A stretch of 64,000 bases of DNA from Thermoanaerobaculia bacterium. GTDB lineage: Bacteria; Acidobacteriota; Thermoanaerobaculia; Multivoradales; Multivoraceae. The DNA is taken from assembly GCA_963666565.1 (NCBI GenBank), contig OY762911.1, positions 1,120,001 to 1,184,000 on the forward strand, in the 5' to 3' direction. A model generated the notes under the pieces. That model searched no databases. It saw only the letters and a program-made list of their open reading frames with translations, and was not told the origin of the DNA. How positions within the stretch are numbered: position 1 is the stretch's first letter; every line of letters begins with the position of its first letter. Both the position numbers and the translations under genes were made by a program. Shown here piece after piece: positions 1 through 9,705 of the stretch.

Positions 1-2
1 TC

Positions 3-779
3 CTGTTCCTGGCGGGCGCGGCGGGGCTCGTGCTGCTGTGTCTCGCATGGAACGTGCCGTCGACGACGCCGGCCTTCCGCTGGGTGCGCGGGTCTTCTGA
101 CCCGCCCGCGGGCGGCGCCGCGGAGCGGCGCAGCCGGGACGACATGGCCGCCGGCCGGAGGCCGGCGACCGAGCCAACCGAGGCGCCGGGCGGCCGGCAG
201 GGAGGCGTGCTGCCGGGGCTCCTCCTGATCGCCGCCATCCTGTTCCTCTACGTGGGCATCGAGAACTCGGTCGGCGGCTGGCTGGTCAGCCTCGCCGACG
301 AGTTCCAGCCGGAGCGTTCGGCAACCTCGCTCTGGATCGGATCGGGCTTCTGGGCCGCGCTCCTGGCCAGCCGGGCGGCGGCGCCCCTGCTGCTGCGGCG
401 CATCTCCGAGCCGGCGCTCTACGGCGCCGGAGTCGCGCTGGCGGCGCTGGGCCTCCTCGGCCTCCTGTCGAGCAGTTCCCAGGCCGGCGTGGCGGCCTCG
501 GCCATCGCGGCCGGCGCCGGGCTGGCGCCCCTCTTCCCGCTGACCATCTCGTTCCTGGCCGAACTGACGGCGGCCACCCGTTCCCGCAACACCGGCTGGG
601 TGTTCGCGCTCGCCGGCTCTGGCGGTGCCGCGCTGCCCTGGCTTACCGGGCGCCTGGCCGGCGGCGCCGACGGCCTGGCGGCCGGTTTCGTCGCGCCGAT
701 CGGTGGACTCGTTCTCCTGGCCGCGCTCTTCGGCTGGCTGCGCCGCCTGCCGGCGCCGGCCCGACCACAAACTGCCTGA
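3..779 (+). CDS. MFS transporter (FucP/TsgA-like), 5' truncated by window edge; carries an in-frame repeat insertion at 80-169
   Basis: Successive hydrophobic helices; 'FLYVGIENSVGGW' is typical of the start of the C-terminal MFS half; frame is open from base 3. Confidence 0.8.
   Translation: MFLAGAAGLVLLCLAWNVPSTTPAFRWVRGSSDPPAGGAAERRSRDDMAAGRRPATEPTEAPGGRQGGVLPGLLLIAAILFLYVGIENSVGGWLVSLADEFQPERSATSLWIGSGFWAALLASRAAAPLLLRRISEPALYGAGVALAALGLLGLLSSSSQAGVAASAIAAGAGLAPLFPLTISFLAELTAATRSRNTGWVFALAGSGGAALPWLTGRLAGGADGLAAGFVAPIGGLVLLAALFGWLRRLPAPARPQTA
80..169 (+). repeat. REP-like element, left-arm form, inside the MFS coding sequence
   Basis: CTGGGTGCGCGGGTCTTCTGACCCGC followed by the CCGCGGAGCGG and GCCGGCC-GGA-GGCCGGC modules also seen at 23720, 55421 and 56774. 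Confidence 0.85.
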
Positions 780-800
780 CGGCGAAAGTAGACTGACGCG

Positions 801-2609
801 ATGACCTCCACGAACCGGCGCCTTCCCGCGCTGCCGCGGCCCGGCCGCTTCGACCGCCACGTTCCCGCGCTGGCGGCCGGACTCGCGGCCCTGTCGCTGT
901 CCCTGGTGCCCGTGTTCGCCCGGGCGCAGCCGCAGGACGCGCTTCCCCCCGCGTTCAGCGAGGTGGTCGACGTCCAGCTCGTCAACGTCGAGGTCTGGGT
1001 CAGCGACAACCGGGGCCGGCCCGTCACCGGCCTGAGCCTGGACGACTTCGAGGTCCGGGAGGACGGAGAGCCGGTCAGCGTGGAGTTCTTCAGCGAAGTG
1101 ACCGGCGCCGCGCCCGCCGGGACGCCCGCCCGCCCGGCCGCCGAGCCGGGCGACCGGACGCCGGCGCCGCCGCGGGAGGAGGCGCCGGGCGCGGGCCCGG
1201 CGGAACCGGCGCATCTCGTCCTCTACTTCGACGATCTCCATCTCGGCCCGGCCAGCCGCAAGCAGGCGATCGCGGATCTGCGGGCGTTCCTCGACGAGGA
1301 GAAGTTCCCGGCGGAGCGGGTCCTCATCTTCCGGCAGGACCGCGACCTGGTCACCGAGGCCTACTTCGGTTCCAGCCGCGAGGAACTGGACCGCACGCTC
1401 GAACGGATTGGCGCTTCGCCGGGCATGGGCGGCCAGTCGCAGCAGGCGAAGCGGCTCGCGGTGCAGAGGTTGAACCAGCTCTGGCAGGACGCGAAGGTGC
1501 TCGCCTCCTCGGGCAGCAGCCGGCGGAACTCGGCGCCGGCCCCCTGCGAGTGGTTCATGCGCCGCGCGCTGACCGAGGTCGAGAACTCGGCCCGCATCGG
1601 GCGCGACCGGATCGCCTCCACGCTGGATCACCTGACCACGGCCGCGCGCTTCCTGGCCGCGCTGCCCGGCGTCAAGACGCTGATCTACGTGAGCGACGCG
1701 CTCGAACGAACTCCGGGCACGGACCTGCAGGACTTCATCACCGGCCTGTGCCCCGCCGGCGATCGTTTCCGCTCCCAGGCGCCGGTCGAGGAACTGTCCA
1801 CGGGCTTTCACGAGCTGACGCGCCACGCCAACGCGAACCGCGTGACGATCTACTCGCTCCAGACGAGCGGCCTTCGCTCCTCGTTCCTGAGCGCCGCCGA
1901 GCAATCGTCCATCGACTTCCTGGGGGCGAATCCGTTCAACAGTTCGGTGCGCGAGGCCGAACGCGACGGCATGGCCGTGCTCGCCGACGAGACCGGCGGC
2001 CGCGCCATCTTCAACCGCAACCAGTTCGGCGACGAACTCGGCCGGATCGCGGGCGAGATGGCGAGCTACTACTCGCTCGCGTACCGCCCGCCCCATGGCG
2101 GCGACGGCGGCGAGCACCAGATCCGCGTTCGCGTCCAGGGCCGGAACCTGCAGGTTCGCCACCGCCGCGGCTACCGCGACAAGAGCGCCGACCAGCGGAT
2201 GGTCGAGCAGCTCGACGGCGCGCTCTATCTCGGCCTGGTCGAGAACCCGCTCGGCGTGCGGCTGGGCGCGGGCCGCGTTCGCGCCGCCGCCGGCGGCAAG
2301 CGGCGGCTGCCGCTCCACGTGATGGTGCCGGCGGCGCGGGTCGCCTTCCTGCCGGTCGAGGACAAGGAGATGGCGCAGATCAGGGTGCAGGTCGCCAGCC
2401 GCCACGCGGCGACTTCGCGGATCGTCCGGGACGACAAGACGTTCCTCGTCGAGGCGCCGCCGGACCGGGAGACGCGCCTTCTCGATCTCGTCTTCAACGT
2501 CGACATCCCGGAGGGCCTGAACATGGTCGCGGTAGGCGTCCGCGACGACGCCACGCGCGAGACCGCGTTCGTCTCGACCACGCTGTCCGTGGGCGAGGAC
2601 GAACGCTGA
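801..2609 (+). CDS. VWA-domain protein (Acidobacterial VWFA-related type), secreted
   Basis: Signal peptide; 'FSEVVDVQLVNVEVWVSD..G.PV.GL...DF...EDG', 'LADETGGRA', 'YYSLAY', 'VRHRRGY'. Confidence 0.85.
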   Translation: MTSTNRRLPALPRPGRFDRHVPALAAGLAALSLSLVPVFARAQPQDALPPAFSEVVDVQLVNVEVWVSDNRGRPVTGLSLDDFEVREDGEPVSVEFFSEVTGAAPAGTPARPAAEPGDRTPAPPREEAPGAGPAEPAHLVLYFDDLHLGPASRKQAIADLRAFLDEEKFPAERVLIFRQDRDLVTEAYFGSSREELDRTLERIGASPGMGGQSQQAKRLAVQRLNQLWQDAKVLASSGSSRRNSAPAPCEWFMRRALTEVENSARIGRDRIASTLDHLTTAARFLAALPGVKTLIYVSDALERTPGTDLQDFITGLCPAGDRFRSQAPVEELSTGFHELTRHANANRVTIYSLQTSGLRSSFLSAAEQSSIDFLGANPFNSSVREAERDGMAVLADETGGRAIFNRNQFGDELGRIAGEMASYYSLAYRPPHGGDGGEHQIRVRVQGRNLQVRHRRGYRDKSADQRMVEQLDGALYLGLVENPLGVRLGAGRVRAAAGGKRRLPLHVMVPAARVAFLPVEDKEMAQIRVQVASRHAATSRIVRDDKTFLVEAPPDRETRLLDLVFNVDIPEGLNMVAVGVRDDATRETAFVSTTLSVGEDER

Positions 2610-2620
2610 GGGCCGGCCCT

Positions 2621-4954
2621 GTGTCCGCGGGACTGTCGGTGCGCGGGTCGTCCGACCCGCTGCCGCTGGAGGCTGCCGCTGGGTGCGCGGGTCTTCTGAC
2701 CCGCTGCCGGCGGAGCCGGCCGGGAAGCGTGCCGGCCCGAGGCCGGCGCCAAGCAGGTGCCCTGGTCCTGCTCCTGGCCATCGGCCTGCCGGCGGCGATC
2801 CGGCCGCAGGAAGAACCGCCGCCCGACGCCGCCATGCAGCGGGCCCTGACCGAGGCCGAAGCCATGCTCCGCCGGGACGAACCGCAGGCCGCGGAGAGCT
2901 GGTACCGCGAGGCGCTGCTCGAGGGCTGGCTCCTGCTCGGCGACCTGCACCGCGCCGGCGGCGCCCCGGCCGAGGCCCGGACGGCCTACGAGCGGGCGCT
3001 CGTCTCGGCCCTCGAAGCCCGGCGCCCGCTGCTCGCCCTCGCCGAACTCGCGCTGGAACGCGGCGATCCCGAAGGCGCCGTCGAGCACCTGCTGCGCCTG
3101 CTCGCGCGAAGCTCGGGCGACGGCCGCGCCGTGCGCCTGCTCGCCCGGGCCTTCAACGCGACCGGCAGGCCGGAACTGGCGGTGCAGCAACTGGAGGGGG
3201 CCGTGGCGTCGATGCCCGAGGACGTCGAAACCCGGTTCGCGCTCGCCAGCGGCTACCTCCGCCTGGAGCGCCCGGAGGCCGCCGGGAAGCTCTTCCGGGA
3301 AGTGGCCGAGGAGCGCCCGATTCCGCAGACCTGGATTCTGATCGGCAGGACCTGGCGCGACTACGGGGAGTACGCCAGAGCCCGCGAGGCGCTCCAACGG
3401 GCCATCGAACAGGACCCGCGCGTGCCGCGCGCCCGCTTCTACCTCGGCACCGTGGAGCTCCTGGACCGGGGCCGGGGCGCCGTCGAAGAGGCCATCGAAC
3501 GCTTCAGGGAGGAGAGCCGCATCGCGCCCGAGGATCCGGTGAACTCCCTCTACCTGGGCATGGTGCAGGTCGATGCCCGGCGCTTCGAGGAGGCGCTGCC
3601 CTCGCTGGAACTCGCGGTGGAGTCGGAGTCCACCCGGCCCAACGCGCTGCATCACCTGGGCCGGGCGCTGCTCGGACTCGACCGGCCGCGGGAAGCGGCT
3701 GCCGCGCTCGAACGCGCCATCGGCCTGGCGGAAGGCGGCTACGCCGGCTCGTTCAACGCCAACCAGATGGAGAGCCTTCACTACCAGCTCGCCCTGGCGC
3801 TGCGCCGCGCCGGCGACGAGACGGGGGCGAAGCCCCACTTCGAGGCCGCCGAGCGGTTCTCGGTGGCCCTGGCCGAGAGTTCGCGGGACCGGATGTCGAA
3901 CTACCTGGACGGGCACGGCAAGGAACCGTCGGCCGGGGTCGTCGGCCTGTCCGTCTTCAGCGAGACGCCGGTGTCGGGCCTCGCTTCGGAGATTCGCGAG
4001 CAGCTTGAGCGAACGGTGCGAACGACGCTGGCCCGCGCCTCGTTCAATCTCGGCGTGATGGCGACCCAGACCCGGCGCTTCGTCCGGGCGGCCGACCACT
4101 TCGAGCAGGCGGCGACCCTCCATCCCGGCTTCCCCAGGGTCCACTACTCGCTGGGCGTGGCCCGCTTCAACGCGGGTCGGTTCGACCGGGCGACGGCGCC
4201 GCTGTCGAAGGCGCTGGAGGAGACGCCCGGCGACCCGGCGCTGCGGCGGATGCTCGCGCTGGCCTGGCTCAACGCCGAGGTCTACGACCGGGCGGCGGAA
4301 CTTCTGGCCGCCGACCCGGCCCGCGCCGGCGACCGTTCGCTCCAGTACGCCTACGGCCTCGCCCTGGTTCGCGGCGGCCGGACCGCCGAGGCGCAGCCGA
4401 TCTTCGACCGGCTGCTCGCCGAGCACGCCGACTGGCCCGAACTGAACGTGCTGCTCGGCCAGGCGGCGGCGCAGGAAGGCGACTTCGACGCGGCGGTGGA
4501 GCACCTGGAGCGGGCCATCGAGCTGCGCCCCGGCGTCGCCGAGGCGCAGGCCACGCTCGGCAACATCTATCTCCGCCAGGGGCGCCTTGCGGAGGCCGGC
4601 GCCGCGCTGCGCGCCGAACTGGCCGCGCATCCCGCCGACCACCGGTCGCGCTACGTCCTGGCGACGGTGCTCGAACTGGACAACCAGCCCCGGGAAGCGC
4701 TGCGCGAGGTGGAGCTGGTGCTCGCCGCGGAGCCCGACTTCGCCGACGCCCGCTACCTCCGCGGCAAGATCCTGCTCGAGGACGGCCGCGTCGAGGAGGC
4801 CGCCGCGCAGTTGCTGGCGGCCGCCGAACTGGCGCCGGAGGACCCGAACATCCGCAACCAGCTCGGTCAGGCCTACCAGAAGCTCGGCGACCGCGAGAAG
4901 GCGCGGGAGCAGTTCGAGATCTTCCAGAGACTCAAGGGGAGGTCGGACCGGTGA
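2621..4954 (+). CDS. Secreted TPR-repeat protein (start uncertain: GTG 2621 or GTG 2729)
   Basis: C-terminal part of the 1550..4954 ORF; h-region 'ALVLLLAIGLPAA' followed by many TPR motifs; the upstream part of that ORF is a shadow frame over the VWA gene. Confidence 0.8.
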   Translation: MSAGLSVRGSSDPLPLEAAAGCAGLLTRCRRSRPGSVPARGRRQAGALVLLLAIGLPAAIRPQEEPPPDAAMQRALTEAEAMLRRDEPQAAESWYREALLEGWLLLGDLHRAGGAPAEARTAYERALVSALEARRPLLALAELALERGDPEGAVEHLLRLLARSSGDGRAVRLLARAFNATGRPELAVQQLEGAVASMPEDVETRFALASGYLRLERPEAAGKLFREVAEERPIPQTWILIGRTWRDYGEYARAREALQRAIEQDPRVPRARFYLGTVELLDRGRGAVEEAIERFREESRIAPEDPVNSLYLGMVQVDARRFEEALPSLELAVESESTRPNALHHLGRALLGLDRPREAAAALERAIGLAEGGYAGSFNANQMESLHYQLALALRRAGDETGAKPHFEAAERFSVALAESSRDRMSNYLDGHGKEPSAGVVGLSVFSETPVSGLASEIREQLERTVRTTLARASFNLGVMATQTRRFVRAADHFEQAATLHPGFPRVHYSLGVARFNAGRFDRATAPLSKALEETPGDPALRRMLALAWLNAEVYDRAAELLAADPARAGDRSLQYAYGLALVRGGRTAEAQPIFDRLLAEHADWPELNVLLGQAAAQEGDFDAAVEHLERAIELRPGVAEAQATLGNIYLRQGRLAEAGAALRAELAAHPADHRSRYVLATVLELDNQPREALREVELVLAAEPDFADARYLRGKILLEDGRVEEAAAQLLAAAELAPEDPNIRNQLGQAYQKLGDREKAREQFEIFQRLKGRSDR
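2637..2720 (+). repeat. Two tandem REP-like copies (44-bp period)
   Basis: GGTGCGCGGGTC..GACCCGCTGCCG at 2638 and 2682. Confidence 0.85.
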
Positions 4955-5952
4955 ATAGCTGGGTGCGCGGGTCTGACATCCGACCGCCCGAAGACGGGCG
5001 CTCGGACTGTGACGCGGCTGGCGCGGGGACGCGCCACCCGGGTTCTGACCCGCTGCCGCCGAAGGCGGCCGGAAGACGCGCCGGCCGCAGGCCGGCTCCT
5101 CTTGCGGCGGCGCTGTTCTCCCTGCTGCTCCTGCCGGCCGCCCTCGTCGCCCAGCCCGCACCCGCAGCCGCGGAGTCGGTCCGCGGTTTGCTCGACCAGG
5201 CCCGCACGCTCGCCTCGCGCAACGAAGCCGCTGCGGCCGCCGAAGCGCTCGGTCGGGCCATCGCCCTGGCGCCCAACTCCGAGGACGTCCTGAACGCCTA
5301 CGCTCGCTTCTCGCTCGCCCAAGGCAACCCGATCCAGGCGACTCTGGCGCTCGAGCCGCTGGCGCGGATGCACCCCGGCGAGGCGGAGTACGCCTACCTG
5401 CTCGGCGTGGCCCGGATGCAGGTCGGCGAGATGGCAGAGGCCGCCGAGGCGCTCCACGAGGCGGCAGCCCTGGATCCGGGCCGCGCCCTTACCCACGTCG
5501 CCCTCGGCCTGGCCCTCAACCGGGTGGACCGCTTCGACGAGGCCCGCGAAGCACTTGCCGCCGCGCTGCGGCTGGCGCCCGATAACGTGGAGGCGCTCGC
5601 CGCAATGTCGGAGGCCGCCGAGGGCCTCGGCATGCTCGCCGAAGCCACCCGTCTGGCGGAGCGTGCCCTGGCGGTCAATCCCGATCACCCGACGGCGCTG
5701 GTCACGATCGGGACGGCCCGGTTGAAGGAGGGCCGCTTCGAGGAGGCCCGGGACGCGCTCGCGCGCGCGGTCGCCGCCGAAGCGGACTCGATCAAGGGCC
5801 ACTACCAGCTCAGCCTCGCCCTGGCCCGCCTCGGCGACCGCGAGGGGGCCGAGCGCCACCTGCAGCTTTCGCGGGAAGCTCAGGCCGCGATCGAAGAGCA
5901 CATCGAGCGCCTGCGCGCCCAGCCGCCACTCGGCTCGAGGGCCGAGCGATGA
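4951..5952 (+). CDS. Secreted TPR-repeat protein
   Basis: GTGA overlap with the upstream stop; h-region 'LAAALFSLLLLPAALVA'; TPR motifs. Confidence 0.8.
   Translation: MNSWVRGSDIRPPEDGRSDCDAAGAGTRHPGSDPLPPKAAGRRAGRRPAPLAAALFSLLLLPAALVAQPAPAAAESVRGLLDQARTLASRNEAAAAAEALGRAIALAPNSEDVLNAYARFSLAQGNPIQATLALEPLARMHPGEAEYAYLLGVARMQVGEMAEAAEALHEAAALDPGRALTHVALGLALNRVDRFDEAREALAAALRLAPDNVEALAAMSEAAEGLGMLAEATRLAERALAVNPDHPTALVTIGTARLKEGRFEEARDALARAVAAEADSIKGHYQLSLALARLGDREGAERHLQLSREAQAAIEEHIERLRAQPPLGSRAER
4959..5096 (+). repeat. REP-like element interrupted by a 69-bp double-hairpin insert (4974-5042)
   Basis: CTGGGTGCGCGGGTC | insert | TTCTGACCCGCTGCCGCCGAAGGCGGCC. Confidence 0.75.
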
Positions 5953-7685
5953 GCGGAGCCGCCTTGTCGGTGCGCCGGCCCTCTGGCCGGCTTCTGGGGA
6001 CCAGCGCCAGCGTCCCCGCCGCCGCAGCGGTCGCGGCCCTCCTCGTCTGCCCCGCGTTGACGCATGCCCAGGGCGCCGGCAACGCGCCGCTCTTCCGCGA
6101 CATCACCGAGTCCACCGGCATCATCTTCCGCCACAACTCTGCTCCCGAGAAGAAGTACATCGTCGAGTCGATGAGCGGCGGCGTCGGCCTCTTCGACTAC
6201 GACCGCGACGGCCTGCTCGACATCTACTTCGTCAACTCCCTCACGGTCGACACTGCGAACGAGCCGGAATCGTCGGCGAGCGCCCTCTATCGCAACCTCG
6301 GCGACGGCACCTTCCGCGACGTCGCCGCCGAGGCCGGCGTCGCCCACCCCGGCTGGGGAATGGGCCTGTGCATCGCCGACGTCGACGGCGACGGCTGGCA
6401 GGACCTCTACGTCACCGGCATCGGCCGGAACCGCCTCTATCGCAACTCGGGCGAGAACACGTTCACCGACGTGGCCGCCGAACTCGGCGTCGCCGCCTCG
6501 GGCTGGTCGACCGGCTGCGGCTTCGCCGACTACGACCGCGACGGCGATCTCGACCTGTTCGTGAGCCGCTACGTGGAGTTCGATCTCGACAACCTGCCGG
6601 AGTTCGGCAGCGACAAGACCTGCCAGTACCGCGGCGTGTCCGTCCAGTGCGGACCGCGCGGCCTGCCGGGCACCTCCGACCTCCTGTTCCGACAGGAGGC
6701 GAACGGCGCCTTCACCGAGATCGGCGAGGAGGCGGGGGTTCGCGATCCCGACGGCTACTTCGGCCTCGGCATCGCCTGGGTCGACATGGACGCCGACGGC
6801 TGGCTCGACCTCTACGTGGCCAACGACTCGACGCCCAACTACCTCTACATGAACCGGAAGGACGGCACGTTCGAGGAGTCGGGCTTCTTCATGGGCGTCG
6901 CGGTGAGCGAGGACGGCGGCGAGCAGGGAGGAATGGGCGTCGCGGTCGGCGACTACGACGGCAGCGGCCGGCTGAGCCTGTTCGTCAGCAACTTCGCCGA
7001 GGAGTACAACGCGCTCTACCGCAACGAGGGCGACTACTCGAGCGACGCCTCCTTCCGGTCGAGGACGGGCGCGTCGAGCCTGCCCTACGTCGGCTGGGGA
7101 ACCGCGTTCTTCGACTATGACAACGACAGCTGGGAGGACCTCGTCGTGGTGAACGGCCACGTCTATCCCCAGCTCGACGGCGCCCGGCTCGGCGCCTCGG
7201 CCGGCTACCGCCAGCGCAAGCTGCTCTATCGGAACCTGGGCGACGGCACCTTCGAAGAGATAGCCGAGCAAGGGGGGCCAGCCTTCCTCGAACAGACGGT
7301 CAGCCGCGGCCTGGCGATGGGCGACCTGGACAACGACGGCCGGGTGGACCTGGTGATCAGTGACCTCGACGGCTCGCCCGTATTGCTGCGCAACGAGGCC
7401 GGCGGCGGCCGCTGGCTGCAGGTGCGGCTGGTCGGCGCCGGCAGGAACACCGACGCGATCGGCGCGGTGATCCAGGTCAAGGCGGGCGGCCGCAGCCAGA
7501 TCCGCAACATCCGCAGCGGTACCAGCTACCTGTCGCAGGACGACTTCCGGCAGCACTTCGGCCTGGGCGACGCCGCCACGGTCGACTCGGTCGTCGTGAC
7601 CTGGCCGGACGGCTCGACGACGGAACGAGAGAACGTCGTCGCCGACCAGGTGCTGGTGGTGGAGCAGGGCGTCGGACAGGAGTAG
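5949..7685 (+). CDS. CRTAC1-family protein (FG-GAP/VCBS repeats plus ASPIC/UnbV domain)
   Basis: Repeated DxDxDGxxD motifs, 'LYRNLGDGTF', C-terminal 'GTSYLSQDDFRQHFGLG...VVVTWPDG'. Confidence 0.9.
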   Translation: MSGAALSVRRPSGRLLGTSASVPAAAAVAALLVCPALTHAQGAGNAPLFRDITESTGIIFRHNSAPEKKYIVESMSGGVGLFDYDRDGLLDIYFVNSLTVDTANEPESSASALYRNLGDGTFRDVAAEAGVAHPGWGMGLCIADVDGDGWQDLYVTGIGRNRLYRNSGENTFTDVAAELGVAASGWSTGCGFADYDRDGDLDLFVSRYVEFDLDNLPEFGSDKTCQYRGVSVQCGPRGLPGTSDLLFRQEANGAFTEIGEEAGVRDPDGYFGLGIAWVDMDADGWLDLYVANDSTPNYLYMNRKDGTFEESGFFMGVAVSEDGGEQGGMGVAVGDYDGSGRLSLFVSNFAEEYNALYRNEGDYSSDASFRSRTGASSLPYVGWGTAFFDYDNDSWEDLVVVNGHVYPQLDGARLGASAGYRQRKLLYRNLGDGTFEEIAEQGGPAFLEQTVSRGLAMGDLDNDGRVDLVISDLDGSPVLLRNEAGGGRWLQVRLVGAGRNTDAIGAVIQVKAGGRSQIRNIRSGTSYLSQDDFRQHFGLGDAATVDSVVVTWPDGSTTERENVVADQVLVVEQGVGQE

Positions 7686-7706
7686 GCCTTGGCTCGGCGC
7701 TGTCGG

Positions 7707-7735
7707 TTGACCGTCTCTGGCACGTGAAGTACCAT
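7707..7735 (+). promoter_or_regulatory. sigma70-type promoter of the abrB-vapC pair (leaderless)
   Basis: TTGACC-17 nt-TACCAT, then 6 nt to ATG 7742. Confidence 0.65.
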
Positions 7736-7741
7736 CCCGGC

Positions 7742-8008
7742 ATGCTCGTTACCATTGACGGCGCTGGAAGGTTGGTCGTGCCGAAGGCCCTCCGGGAGCA
7801 GTTCAACCTGACTCCCGGGTGCGAACTCGAGATCGAAGCCGGCGCGAATGGGATCACCCTTCGCCGCGCCGAAGTCGAGCCGGCTCTCGTTCGGAAGCAG
7901 GGCATTCTCGTCCATCATGGGTCCACGCGCGCCTCGGTCGACATCGGCGAGTTCGTCCGCGCCGAACGCAAGGCGCGAAGCGCCCGCATCGCCCGCGACA
8001 TCGGCTGA
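7742..8008 (+). CDS. AbrB/MazE-family antitoxin
   Basis: 'VTIDGAGRLVVPKALREQFNLTPG' swapped-hairpin motif; directly upstream of a PIN gene. Confidence 0.88.
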   Translation: MLVTIDGAGRLVVPKALREQFNLTPGCELEIEAGANGITLRRAEVEPALVRKQGILVHHGSTRASVDIGEFVRAERKARSARIARDIG

Positions 8009-8440
8009 GTGCGCACGCTTTTCGACACATCGGTGGTCGTCGCGGCTCTGGTTGACCAACTCGGTACCCACCGAGCCGCCTTCCGCGAGTTCCGGCGTTG
8101 TTCGCACGGCGAGAACAGCGGCTACTGCTCGACGCACGCATTGGCCGAGATCTACGCGACGCTGACAGCCCTGCCGCTGAAGCGGCGGATCTCGCCGGAC
8201 GAGGCACGACGGCTCATCGAAGAAGCCGTGCTCGGACGCTTGGCCGTCATCTCGCTTGGCGCTGCCGACTACCGCGCCGTTCTCCGCCAGGTCGCGAATC
8301 GGGGCCTGGGCAGCGGGGCGATCTACGATGCCCTCCACGCACAATGTGCGCGCAAGGAACGCGTCGACCAGATCCTCACCTACAACCTGTCCGACTTCGA
8401 TCGGTTCGATCTCGAAGGCATCGTGGTGGCGGCACCGTGA
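8009..8440 (+). CDS. PIN-domain (VapC-like) toxin
   Basis: 'FDTSVVVA', 'LAEIY', 'IYDALH', 'TYNLSDF'. Confidence 0.88.
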   Translation: MRTLFDTSVVVAALVDQLGTHRAAFREFRRCSHGENSGYCSTHALAEIYATLTALPLKRRISPDEARRLIEEAVLGRLAVISLGAADYRAVLRQVANRGLGSGAIYDALHAQCARKERVDQILTYNLSDFDRFDLEGIVVAAP

Positions 8441-8522
8441 ACTCGGCGGAGAACCCCGCGAACACGATGGAGTAGACCGCGCCGACCCGCGCGCAGGCGA
8501 GCACAACGAGGGCTCATGACAG

Positions 8523-9695
8523 TCACTCGTGACGCGTCATCCAACGCTTGCCCGAGCTGTGCGGCGCGCTCTTCGGGCCGCGATTGAAGCCTTCCGCCGC
8601 GTGCGGGTAGTCCGGCCCGACGAGACCACCGGTGCATTCGCCGGCCGGCGGGATCACCCAGTCGCAGCCGGGCGTGTTCTCCGGGCCGTCGGCCCAGCAC
8701 TGCTCCAACGCCTCAAGATCCGCGGCCAGTGACCCCGGATCGTGCGGCGGCATGTGCTCGTTCGGGTCCCAGAAGTCGCCGGTGAACTCCGCCAGCGTTT
8801 CCATGGCCATCCGGTGACAGCCGAGGCAGCCGTTGCCTTCGATGTGGATGGTGCGCATGTCCCAGGTCGGCGCGCCCACAACGTAGTAGGGCGGGTTCGG
8901 GCCGGGCAGGACCGGGACGACGGGCTGGCGCGGGTTCTCGGGCAGCCGCGCCGACTTGATCCACGGATTGTGGATGAACGGGTCCGCCTGGTGGCAGCGG
9001 ACGCACTGGATGTCCCCGGCGGGCATGTACGCGTCGTCGAACTCAGGGTCGTCGGGGCCGGGCAGCACGCCGAGCAACCGGTTGTTCTCGCCGATGTGGG
9101 TCCAGCGGCTGTTGTCTGCCGACTCGAAGAAGCAGGTGGCGCCGGTCTCCTGGTTGTAGCCGATCATCTGGACCGAGTCCGGGATGTCGACGTTGAAGAC
9201 GTCGTCCCGTCCGTCGTGGCGGCAGAAACTCACCCAGACGACCTCGGGACGCGGCGTGCCGTCGGCGTTCCTGCCCTCGTAGCGCTGGAGGCTCGAGCCC
9301 GGCATGCAGTCGCCGATCTGGAGACTGCCGTCGTCGCAAGCGTGGAGGCCCGGATCCTCGAAGATCTCCCGGCCGTCCTGCCGGATGCGGATGCGCGCGC
9401 CCTGGCCGCAGTCGACCGTCGGCGCCACGCCCAGGTGCGGCTCGCACATCGCGGCATAGGCGCTGGCGCTCTTCGGCATCGGCGGGTTCGCACCCCCGGG
9501 CGTGCACTGTCCGGCAGGCGCGGATTGCCCCTGCACCAAACCCGGTCCGAGCACAACGGCAAGAAGGAGCGTCACAAACCGGGTGCGCGGATCCTCTGAC
9601 CGCCGGGTGCGCGGGTCTTCCGACCCGCTCGCCGCCGAAGGCGGCCCGAAATCGCGCCGGCCGGCAGGCCGGCGTCCGCTTTGGCGCGCGACCAT
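8523..9695 (-). CDS. Secreted Cys-rich putative di-heme c protein of unknown function
   Basis: Strong SD (GGGGGAG) before ATG 9695; signal peptide; two CxxCH motifs (CVRCH, CLGCH). Confidence 0.65.
   Translation of the reverse strand: MVARQSGRRPAGRRDFGPPSAASGSEDPRTRRSEDPRTRFVTLLLAVVLGPGLVQGQSAPAGQCTPGGANPPMPKSASAYAAMCEPHLGVAPTVDCGQGARIRIRQDGREIFEDPGLHACDDGSLQIGDCMPGSSLQRYEGRNADGTPRPEVVWVSFCRHDGRDDVFNVDIPDSVQMIGYNQETGATCFFESADNSRWTHIGENNRLLGVLPGPDDPEFDDAYMPAGDIQCVRCHQADPFIHNPWIKSARLPENPRQPVVPVLPGPNPPYYVVGAPTWDMRTIHIEGNGCLGCHRMAMETLAEFTGDFWDPNEHMPPHDPGSLAADLEALEQCWADGPENTPGCDWVIPPAGECTGGLVGPDYPHAAEGFNRGPKSAPHSSGKRWMTRHE
9579..9673 (+). repeat. REP-like copies (24-bp duplication plus hairpin tail) in the 5' end of the di-heme gene
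   Basis: CCGGGTGCGCGG at 9579 and 9603, then GCCGCCGAAGGCGGC. Confidence 0.8.
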
Positions 9696-9705
9696 ACGGC
9701 TCCCC

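Noticed and set aside
1550-2620. N-terminal 357 aa of the 1134-aa TPR ORF
   Set aside because: Arg/Pro-rich alternative frame over the VWA gene; the real protein starts near its signal peptide
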